From the NCBI GenBank assembly GCA_964187785.1, contig OZ076409.1:40984001-41048000 (forward strand): DNA of 64,000 bases, in the 5' to 3' direction. The position numbers were made by a program, and so were the translations under genes. This stretch comes from Amphiscolops sp. MND2022. Taxonomy: Eukaryota. Position 1 is the first letter of the stretch; each line of letters opens with the position of its first letter. Below the pieces are notes generated by a model. The model searched no databases and was not told the DNA's origin. It saw only the letters and a program-made list of their open reading frames with translations. Shown here piece after piece: positions 10,879-21,368 of this stretch.

Positions 10879-12615
10879 TAAGGACTCATTGCCGGGGACA
10901 TCGGCATCCTTATTAACGAACCCCTCATTGACTAACTTCCTCAGCAACTATCCCATCTGGCCGATCGCTCCCCCAATTCCTCTGAAATCTGCCAGCGATG
11001 AGAGTGACGTTCAGCCCAAAGTGCCTGACATTCCCGCAGCGTCGCCCGGAGCGGGTACCGCTCCTTCTTTTAAAAGGGGGAGGGGGAGACCGTTCAAGGC
11101 GCAGAAGAAACGGCTAGTCCGAGCAAAGGCAAAAACGAGGAAGAAAGAATCAACCACGAACGTTGAAACCAAGGCCTCAGCCGAAACAGCAACCCAGGCC
11201 GAGACCGAAAACCCAAAGTCCGCAGAAGCATCCGAAGCTCCAAGATATCAACTGAGGAGTAAGCGACAGCCGCGCTACAAATGCGGAACCTGCGGGCTGC
11301 GAGACTGTGTCTGCTTGTTAGCTGTGAAAGAGAACCGGAGGGTTCCCACTGGAGCCCGGGGAGTTCCTCCGGAAGAGGGAGAAAAACTAGTGCACCGCCT
11401 CACAGTGCGGGCCGAGAAAACCTACTCCGCCGTGAAACGATCTGGAAATCACCCCGTGGACGCTATCCTTGAGAAGCTATCATTACCTGGAGTAGAGAAA
11501 GCTCCTTGCCCCGGTTTAAGGAGTGGACTAGTGATGAGAAGGGCCTGGAGTTTACCTTGCCCACAGTGATGCCCCCCGTGCCCAACAACATTGCGTTTGG
11601 ACCATTCAATTTTGAAAGGGAACCCGTGCAAATGGCCCGGTGCATCACTGCTGACCTGTTGTGTGACAAGTACGGAGTGCAAGTGGAACCGGGTGGAGTA
11701 TACAGTCCTGCTCCTCATTGGTGGTTGCTGGTTACTGCTCCACGAGTGGAGACAATCGTGGAACCGCTGCACCTGCTGTCCTGTTTAGAGAGTCTCAGGA
11801 CCCTGACCACTACGGACTTGATACTTTGCTTCCATAATATAGACTGGTATCGGGGCAAGGTGAAATTTGCATGGTGGTTGGAACTGATCATCACCTGCTT
11901 CACCACCTATCCCAGAATTCGACTGCTAGATGAGTGGACTCACACATTCGAGGTCCCTCTGTTCCCAGAAGCCGCCCTGGGGACTCTGGATACATGGGTC
12001 AAAGCCGGCAGTGACAATCGAGCGATGCCCCGCTCGGTATGGCAAGACCTGGCTGCGATTCAAGGACGCGCGCCTCGCGTGTGCCTCCCCTCCGACAATG
12101 GACCCGGACGAGAAATTGTTTACCCGGGAGCCCTATATCCAAATTCAGCCGAACATGTCTCGTACGACGAAACTGACGTTTTGCAAGCAGAAGGCGATAT
12201 CGTGTTAGCATGCCCCGCTGACCTGAAAACTAACTCCGCCGCCTTGCGATACGTGCTGCGAGAATGTGGCATAGAAAAAGTATTCTCCTTACGGCCCAAG
12301 GTGGGCGAGATGCTCACCATCCCCCCTGATGTTAATCCAAACCCCAACCAAAGTGTTCATCTGCTGATAGTACGAGCAAACCAGCGTGCACCGCTGCTGA
12401 CCGACGACTATTTGCGCTGCATGACACACCAAGTACAGCGCTTAATGGACAAGGGATCCGCACGGGTCCATGTGCCCATTTTGGACCCCGAGAGACCTAC
12501 CTTCTCGTTGGTCAATCTGTACCATGCCTTAGCGAACATGTTCGAGGGTACTGGTATTCATGTGGTTTTACACAGCCGCGTGTATGTGTCAATATTGACT
12601 ATAGGGCTGAAATAG
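10541..12615 (+). pseudogene. Pol C-terminal extension: AT-hook, Cys cluster, tandem macrodomain-like modules
   Basis: ORFs 10541-11569 and 11506-12615 overlap pol and each other (frameshifts near 10865 and at the C-run near 11510). Motifs KRGRGRP and CGTCGLRDCVC; two segments align by eye to TARG1/OARD1 macrodomain motifs. Confidence 0.7.
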
Positions 12616-12887
12616 CCTTGTCATTTAAATCTACCCCTTTTCCCTCTTTACCATTGCCTGATTGTAATATCCCCGGAAGAGTCTTGAACACTCTTGCCAC
12701 CAAAATATTAATTTGTTATGTTACTCCCTCAAATGTTTTTGTTCTAGTTAAGTTAGTTAGATTTGAGTTCGTTACGGTTCCCTTAAGGAGCCGATGTTGT
12801 ATCACTGTAACTGGGTGACGAGCCTTAAGCTCCCACCAACACTCACCGGGTAAACCTAACAGTCATCCTTTTTAGACCTATGAATTA

Positions 12888-15800
12888 ATGGCCTACTGCC
12901 CAAGCAACTCCGTGCCTGCAACAGGGCCTAGTAGTGCAAGGCCTCAGGAATCTGCGCGAGCGCAGAGGGTCAATCAGGCCCAATTTGTAGAAGACAGGTT
13001 ACGAAATGGCCTTCCGCCAGTGGCCATCGCTGGTGTGGCAGCATTACTTACTCAGCTTGACACCATGCAAACGCTGCCGGGCGTGTCACTCTCAATTGTA
13101 ACTGAGGTAGCTGGCTACCGCCGCGCCTTGACATGTACCAATGGCGCCTGGGATGGTTACGACCTTACCCATCAATTTCTAGACGAACGATCCACAGCGG
13201 TATACGGCCCCAGCCAAGGTACCAGATTGTAACAAGAGGCCTCCTTGAGAATGATGCCTGCCAGTGCTCCCTCGTTGCCGCCAATTGTAGCACCGAATTC
13301 AGTGTCGATGACGCCAACTTATTCTGGCTCGCCTGCTTTTGGAGCACCATACGGAACTCAGCAGATTCCTCCAACTAATCAACCAGTCTCTGATCGGGAG
13401 CCCTCGGGGTCCCGGTTACCACCTGTGCCAAACCTGAATCTCATTGGACGAAGCACTGGCGAACAGGCAGTGATAGTGGCCCTGCAAGCCGTGGCCAATT
13501 ATCCCAACTCATCCGACTTCGTTCGGGCAGTAGAACAAAGAATTCCGGGGTTGGCTAACTATTTGCAAGCCGCCGCTCAGCCCTTGGGCTGCGAAACTCC
13601 CACCACTCTAGCCGAAACAGCACCCATGGACACCGAGACAATAGCTGGACCCAGCAGTAGTACCACGGCTGCTCCAAGTGGCAGTACCGCGACTGGCCCA
13701 CGTGAAGAAGCTGGACGGAAGCGAGTAACGGGAGAGAGTGCCGCCTCTGCCCCCACTGGCTCGGTGACGGAAAGTCCAACCAGTCGTCCTCCTCCGGACA
13801 AGCGTGCAGATGTGCCTCAGCAACCCCAGATGAAGAGTGTAGTAATAGTCAGGCCCCCATACCGTGTTGGCCACCTGGGCCGAGGTGCGCCCCAACTGAC
13901 CATGCGAGAGGCGATTGAGCAATATGGCGACGCGGAGGCCGGCCCTGAAGCGAGCTTCGTGCCCTCGGGCACGGGTTTCGCCGAGATGTCTTTGGATGTG
14001 CCAGAAGCGATTGAGGAAGCCAGCCCGCCAGCCTTCCTACCACCATCCGACGATGTGTCTGGCTCTGTAGCAACCAGCGACAGTAAGCGAATTTGGATGG
14101 CCGCAGAACGTCTGTATTCGAACATGTGTGCAATCAGAAGGAGAGCACCCCCGACAGAAGCTGACCAGAAAGAAGTGAACCGAATCACTATCGCTGCACA
14201 AATCACACGAGTACTGCGTCCCCGTGATGCACATATGTCCGAGCAAGCCTGGGAGCAGCGTGCTCGAGAGCAACTGCCCATGACGCCTAACGACTCTATG
14301 GCGCCCCTGCAACACAACATTACCGAGCAATTTCCCGCGCGGTACACACTGCGAGATGGTGAAACGTGGGAAGCAAATGCCCGCTATGCCCGTAACATTG
14401 TTTCCATGAAACCCCTACTGAAAGCAGCTTTGCAGCGCGCGCGCTACTGTGTGGCAGTGGACTCCACCTGCAGAAGCGACCTACCCATCGACAACCTGAT
14501 GCCCGACGTACTGGTGTTGACGATGCCTTTGTCCCGTTTCGCCGAGGTTGCTGAAATGATCGGGGTAATGTACGACCCGAACCTGAGAGGGTCACTGAAA
14601 GAGCCACCCCCACAGAGAGTGATCTTTGCCAATCTGCTGGAGCACATGGCGTGCGAAGGATTGTTGCGTGACCTGGATACCATCATGGGTGACACCCGTC
14701 GACCTGGGAACGTCGCTACCTTGGTGAACATCGTTGCGGATGCGATGGAGCGTGCCGCAGGGATCCTTCGGGGTCGCCTGGGAGCGCTAGCGCTCTTCGT
14801 ATCCCCGCCAGGATTCATGTACTGGCAGCAGAGTTTGCAACAGTTCGTTTATATCCTGTTGGAAGTGTGCAAGGCACGCAGGATTGACTTTGCCGTCTGC
14901 GCACCAAACCTTAGCGTGGATCATGGAGACCTGCGCCCTGACGCACTCTCATATCCAGCCTTCTTCGCTGCCATATCCCGCGTACTGATCGCTGTAGAGC
15001 GTTCGGGGAATGCGCAGTTGACCATAGACGACGTCGTGCTTTTCGATCATGGAATGTGCATGGGAAGAATGGCCTTCGTCCTGGATGGCAACCGTGTCAT
15101 GCGAGAGTCCAACGTAAGTGAACGAGAAGCTGTCCGTCGCCATAACTGGCTGGTGCGTAAAGACAAAGAAGTCCCCGTACGTGCAGAAATAGCTGAGTTA
15201 GTGAAGCAAATCGAAGCATGGCCTGCTGCGCGCACGGTCGAGCGAACAACCCCTCAGATTCACTTTGCTACAGGAATCGAGCCCGTCAAGCTGCCCGTGG
15301 GCATCAGGCACATCGTGGCCAACGAAGCAACCAACCTGAAGAACGAGGTAGATGCAGCTAGTATTACCTACGCCCACTGGTACCAGGCCAGATTCGTGAA
15401 CAGAACCTTGGCGGAAGTGGCTCGAGAGCACGACTGCCCCCTGGAAGCCTTTTGTACCAGTCTCGGTCTGGGCTGGAACATCGATGTAATCACCGCCGAG
15501 TTCTCGCTCACCAATGTGCAGGCCAACAAACTACTGGAAACTATCGGCGAGGCTACCGTAGGAGAAGTGTTAGCGCTCGCCCTAACGATGGGCCCGACAA
15601 AGTTTGTGGCTGGCCCTCTGGCCCTCCTGATTGACATCGTGACATCCGGTGACCTAATCACCTTCTACAGCTATCTGGTCCTTGCACAGGGACAACTCCG
15701 CAGCCTGACCCGCTGGGGTCACCTCATGAATTCCAAGGACCAGCAAAACTATTCCGCCCAACTGGAGCGCATGCGTGCGTCGATCCAACATTGGTTGTAC

Positions 15801-17182
15801 TCCACCCTGGTATTCGCTTCTGGTTTATTCGTAGGCGTGGACCAGTCGCGACCTCTACATAATGCGGAGCGCCAGATACCCTGGGAGTTGGCCGGATTTC
15901 CCATGCCACAGCAACTCGCTGAACTGACGTTAGCCGAAGTAGAGGACTTTGTGGCCACCATGGCTCCGGTTTTGGCCCCAATTTTCGGCGCAATTGGTGT
16001 GTGCAGGTACCCAACTAAACCCCTCGCGAGAGCAGTGCAGGTGCATATGGTGTCCTTCCGCACCTATCTTCAGGGACGTCCCTCGCTGACTTACCCACGC
16101 GTTGTACAGGCCGTACTGAGTGGAGAAATGCCGCATGGGTACACTACTCTGAAGTCTGAGAAACAGTTGGAGGAGAATTTGATGGGGCTACTGCGTGCTC
16201 GCACGCGAAAAGCATGTCCTTTGCCGCGGGAGTACAGCCCAATCAATTGGTATTCCGCCCCCCTCAGCCTGAATGGAGTCCCCTTTCGATTTCCATGGAC
16301 CCAAGAGTTCATTCGTAAGGTGATCCGTGCCAGCACTAGTGCTGGTCCACCCATAGACCCCCTCTACAGTTTCCGGTGCATCACTTTCCCAAACCATTAC
16401 TGGAAAGAACCACTGGGATGGCCCAGAGCGAAGCCCGTTAGTCGCGCCCCTGAGACTTTAAACCGACAGATCCAACATTTAGAACTGGTGCAAAGCCCGG
16501 GTTGGATTGAAGGAGCCGCCCAAATTCGACAGCGAAATCTTCGGTGCCGCATTACTCCGTTTCCCCGAAGATCTGTATGGAGGCCCCAGGGAAAGATGAC
16601 GATGTTTTTTACATGTCAATTGTGTTACATGATGAGATAAATTCAGTCCTAGGTTCTGAAGCCCGTGCAGAATGGGAGGGACGTTGCTTGGAACTGGAGA
16701 TTGCCAGCTTCCCGAAACTGAAGCGAGCTTGCGAGCTCTGGAATCAGCCTGGCTGGGTTTCCAAGCGAGTATCCTTGGCCGTGGAGAGTCGAGCCGAGAC
16801 CGCCAGACAACAGGCATTCGCGCCTACCATGCTCGCACCGACAATGGCCATGTCGCTGAATCAACCCAGCGTACGACCCATAACCCTTGATCTACCCACT
16901 CATGTCTTGAACCCAGAGCCTATCAGTCCACCGTCGTCACAGGCCAGTCCTCAGTCATCGCAGCCCCAAAACGGAGAACACGCCGCTGAACTGACCCCCA
17001 ACACTATCCTGGTGCAGCTGATCGCCGACATAGCGCTCCCAGAAGACCTTTCAGACTCAGAAACAGTAGTTACTGTAGTTCCTGCTCAACGTAGAGCGTC
17101 AGTCGCGTTGGAAGATGCTAGCAATCCAGGAACTTCCGATGATGCCACCAAGAATCGAGCTCGACGCAGCTCAGCCCAATGA
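12888..17182 (+). pseudogene. Extra ORF (ORF3, ~1430 codons) with SGNH/GDSL-hydrolase-like domain, function unknown
   Basis: 12888-13232 and 13245-16640 share a frame separated by one TAA; 16544-17182 continues after a frameshift near 16565. Pro/Ser-rich N-terminus, then VAVDST...VLTMP...PQRVIFAN...LFVSPP...DLRP (14445-14990). Confidence 0.75.
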
Positions 17183-17930
17183 ACCCTGCCGCCAATGGGA
17201 GCGTTCGGGCTCCCTATAGACTCTAAACTCTGCCGAAATAGTGCCTTCAAACTTATCGCTTTAACCGGTGCTACCCGTACATGGTGCAATTTTTTGTTCA
17301 TAGTTATTACTTAGTTAATGTATTGTTAGTATTGCGCTGGGTGTACGGCCAATAGAGTGCGCCTGCCAGAGTTGCTTGGCCTACAAAGTTGAAAAAAGAA
17401 ACTATTACCAAAGAAAAACTGCTGTTTTCGTTGCGCACTGTTCGCGGTGTTTTTGAGTTGCCATAATCAAGAAAAAGTCTTAGTCTTTTAGCTACAGTTT
17501 TTGCTGTTTTTACTGGTTTTTTGTTGTTCTTCTATCGACTGTCTGAGGAGTAGGCAAATCTGCGCTCTCCCAAAAGAAGTTTTACGTTGCCCGAAATTGA
17601 CTGAAAACTGTAAATGTCAAGTTGAATAAAAAAGGAGATTTCAACTGACCTTGGTCGCAAAAGAAATTTTAGCAAAAACTGCTTGCTCAAACGAGTTTTA
17701 ACCGACTGAAAACCTTAGCTCTCGAGCTGGTGCTAAAACCTCGTTCGCAATTTTGTAAACAATACTAGGCAGTAAGATTTTCTATGAGAAAAACCGCGAA
17801 AATTGACAAAATTGTTGCTGAAAAACAAGGACTTGTTCTTGTCTCCTGATGTGTGGACGATGGTTCCCAGCAGTCATGGTGACGCAGTTTCTAGACGAGC
17901 CCAGACGCCGCTTGCCAGGGACGACAAGCC

Positions 17931-17947
17931 AGAAGCCCGGGGAGTGA
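17931..17947 (+). promoter_or_regulatory. Polypurine tract (imperfect)
   Basis: AGAAGCCCGGGGAGTGA immediately before the 3' LTR TG. Confidence 0.6.
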
Positions 17948-18692
17948 TGTAACGGCAAGCTCTGGTACAGCAATATCCACCGATTTTGCAACACGACATG
18001 TTCAGAAATTTTGCCAAAATTTCGTTCAAATCTGACGTGGCACTCAAACATGCTCAAGATGAAGTACCTGCCAGAAAAGCACCCCAGAAAATCAGAAATT
18101 GCCGCCCGCGAAGAGCGAACGCAAGAAGACGACCGAAAAGACGTACTTTTTGTCTAAAAAACACGGTATTGTGCCCATCCCAAGAGATCGACACTACTAT
18201 AGTTACGGAAACCCGTGTTCCAGATGTTCGCCTGAGTATCCTTGCAGTGTCCTGTGTGGTGACGAGCGCTAGCGCTGGGAGCCGAGTTCAATTTCTACCA
18301 AAATGACTCAAACTGTTAATTTTGTTGTATTTCTCTTTGCTGTAGATTGATATGCTCGAGAGCTGCCCTTGAACATCTATGTTTACCTATTTGGATATGT
18401 CGATTTTATCAGATTCTCCAATACTATGGCTCATTCTCCTCTTGTTTTCAGCCCCTTTTTTAAAGGCTAGTTGAGCAGTGGTCTTGAGTTATGCAAGATG
18501 CCTGTTACTTTTAGCAGTTACAGACTGGGACCAGGCCAGAGAGTTTCTTACAAGACGGTTCCCCCACTTTGGGACTGGCTCCTTCGGAGGGAAAATGAGC
18601 TAGGGCCGCGGAGAGCTAAGTCCCAGATTATATTCGCTGTTCTAGTTCCTCCACTCTAAGTTACGGTTCAAGCGCCGGCGCTTATCGTTACA
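17948..18692 (+). repeat. 3' LTR (745 bp)
   Basis: Copy of 28-772 at offset 17920; TG...CA ends. Confidence 0.96.
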
Positions 18693-18874
18693 AAAAGTAA
18701 TTTCCCTGTAATAAGTGTAGTCGCTAACACGTGCGGTATCTTGAAATTGGGTCCGCGGAAGATCATTTTGGTTTCAGAAATAGTTGTTCCATATTGGTCA
18801 AACTTTTTGAAGCTCACTTTTTTTGGAATTTTTGGAGTTGGTTTTAGAAGAAATTAAACACGTACTTTTTCAGA

Positions 18875-20175
18875 ACGAAACATCAACTTTACGAGAAAAC
18901 CAGACAAACTGAAAAAGCACGCGACCTATTATTTCGCAAGTTACAGCTACCGTGTCTGTTGATACAAACACTTGGATCGGCAAATTGAACGCAATCGCGT
19001 CGTCGAAAACATAGCCCCAAGACGCTAACTGCCATTGTTATTCCTGCAGAGCTCCAATAAACTTTCCGTGGGATAATTTCTTGGCTCATGACTCAAGGCC
19101 AGTTGATGAGGAACAGTTTTTGCTCTTCACAACAGAAGAACCTTGATCTATCAACGATCTGTACACATTGGCATGTCGATGGAACGTTCTAGTGTTGCCC
19201 GCAGTTATTTTATCAAGTTTCCATCATTCACGGCGTTCTAAACAATCAAACACTGCGGCTTGTCTTTAGTCTGCCCACGCGCAAGACTGAAGCAATTTAT
19301 GCATGTGTTTTAACTGAATTGAAGGATATAAATCCTTGTCTGTTCCCCACAGTCATTACAACCGATTTTGAAGCTGCCTCAATTAATGGCTTTAGAATAG
19401 TGTATCCTGGGATACAGCTGAAGGGATGATTCTTCCACTTCGCAGATGTAACCTGGAGGAAAATACAAGAACTTGATTTATCAACCCTGAACCAAAAAGA
19501 AGAGACTATCAGAGAAACTGTAAAAAGCTTAGTTTCTTTGACCCTCACTCCAGCTTGTGGTGTTTATTTGGTCTGCGAGAAAATCATCGAAGAAGGTCAT
19601 GACGATTTAATGCCCTTTTTTGAATATTTCGAAGCAACTTGGTTGGGTTCGTCCGGGAAAGTTTAACCCTTTTTCAATCGTGGGCTGTGGAACCATTACG
19701 ATGTCAAAAAACCAACAATGCGGTCGAAGGATGTCTTCACGCTTACCAATCCGGAATGGGGTTTTTTCACTCGACAATCCTCAAGTTTTTGCATTTCTTC
19801 CAAAGAAAACAAAGCTTGACGGAGCTTGACAAAAAGAGTACGTGCTGGCGAAAAATTCAAGAAGGACGCGAAGTATGAAGCTAGCAACAAGCGTCTAATG
19901 GAAATTTTGGCGAATTACGTAAACAATCGAATAAAACAACTTTGATTGGCTTTTCATACAACTTCAATTTTTAATTTTTGTCACGTGCTTAAATATATTC
20001 ATTTGCAGTTGATTTGTTATTTCTTTCATTTCAACCTTCAAAATGTTGTTAATTAGCTGATCAATTAACCAATTTGGGACCAATTGTCGCTTGGGACGAA
20101 TTGACGCTTTTTTGGAATTTGGGACGAATTGTCGCTTGGGACGAATTGTCGCTTGGGACGAATTGTCACCCAACC
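18875..20175 (+). mobile_element. Decayed Mutator-like (MULE) DNA transposon: transposase pseudogene and right end
   Basis: Manual translation across stops gives IVIPAEL..DNFLAHDS..FLLFTT..WHVDGTF*CCPQLFYQV..IHG; ITTDFEAASING..YPGIQLKG*FFHF..WRKIQEL; WNHY..KTNNAVEG. These are classic MULE DDE motifs. Ends in subterminal repeats plus CACCCAACC. Confidence 0.85.
20074..20175. repeat. Five 17-bp repeats (TTGGGACGAATTGTCGC), subterminal array of the MULE end
   Basis: Copies at 20074, 20091, 20119, 20136, 20153. Confidence 0.85.
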
Positions 20176-21368
20176 GGACAATGTACACCTACCAAATCAC
20201 TCGAAATTGCTTATCGCGTGCGCTATGATTCTGGCACTATAGCATGTAGGATAGCTTTGTTTGATACTCGGGCAACGTAAATACGTTTCAAAATGGTGGG
20301 GCTGAAAAAGAGCAACCATGAATGTCAGCTGCCACGTCATCACGTTTTTCTTCAAAGCTTTACTACTGTTACACGCCCTGTCCTGCTGTTGAATTGTCAA
20401 TGAGTTCCCATTATGTGATTGACATTTTGCTAAAAGTGTTTCTAAGCGTGTTATCTAAATGAATGAATATTGAAACAAATACATGACGTTTAGACCATGG
20501 CTCGGAATTGTTGGAGTATTGTTATCAGTCGTTAAAAAAACTAATGACAATCTCAAAAATTTCAGCTTGAAAATAAAATCTTAATAATTTGGTAAGAACC
20601 ATGCGATTGAAAGCATATAGGCATAAATCGTCGCTGAACTTACTGTAAAAGCAGCACATTGTTTTTACAAACTCGTCAAATTATTTGCATTTTAGATTTG
20701 ATAACAATCGACCTTTTATTTTCACCATATCTATGAGCAATGCAAAAGACATAAATGCAGGTCGAAAATGAAAAAGACAGAAATTGAGTTCTTTGTGCTC
20801 AAAATGAATGGATTTCATTCAATTCTTGCAGTTACTTCACGGTCTTTCATTTTTGAACTTTTGGAGCTTCTCCAATTGACAGGTCGACTGTGAAAGAATG
20901 AATGGGATCGGTCAAATCATTTTGCCTTACCATTAAACAAGAATATTGAGCTTTCTGAAAAGTTCACTTCTGATTGTTGTTCTTTTTCATTGCGTTTCTT
21001 TTGCTTCAAGAATTCTTTAAGCTATGCAATCATTATAGGCTCTATGCCTTTGGATTATTTTTCAAAAGTTATTTTCTCTCAAAGCTGATTTTTCTTAAAC
21101 TGAGTCAATATTACCCCTGACGGATGGCTCTACTATGACTTGTGCAGACATCTGAAAATTGTCCTCGGTCGTTTTTAATTACGCGGAGATTAAATTCTTA
21201 CCAAATTTTGAGAGACAAATGACTATTCTTAGTGAGACTCTACTAACAGATGTTAGTTAATTATTATTGAAATTTCTGCGCTGGCTATTGGAGAAAATAA
21301 TCATTGATGGTGTTCTGATATTAGCCGATGTTAATGCTTTCCTGTTGCAAATCCCAGAAGATTATCAT

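Larger units (their letters stand above)
28..18692 (+). mobile_element. Giant full-length Ty3/Gypsy LTR retrotransposon (18,665 bp) with extra ORF
   Basis: Direct repeats TGTAAC...GTTACA at 28-772 and 17948-18692; internal order gag-PR-RT-RNaseH-INT (Gypsy order); flanks CAAA / AAAA give an imperfect 4-bp TSD. Confidence 0.96.

Noticed and set aside
3181..16864. Many minus-strand ORFs of 60-176 aa within the giant element
   Set aside because: Antisense shadows of GC-rich coding frames; no motifs.
12888..17182. Classical env gene
   Set aside because: No signal peptide, furin site plus fusion peptide, or C-terminal TM anchor recognised.
20074..20175. CRISPR-like array
   Set aside because: 17-bp units are abutting, with no unique spacers and no cas genes; eukaryotic MULE end.
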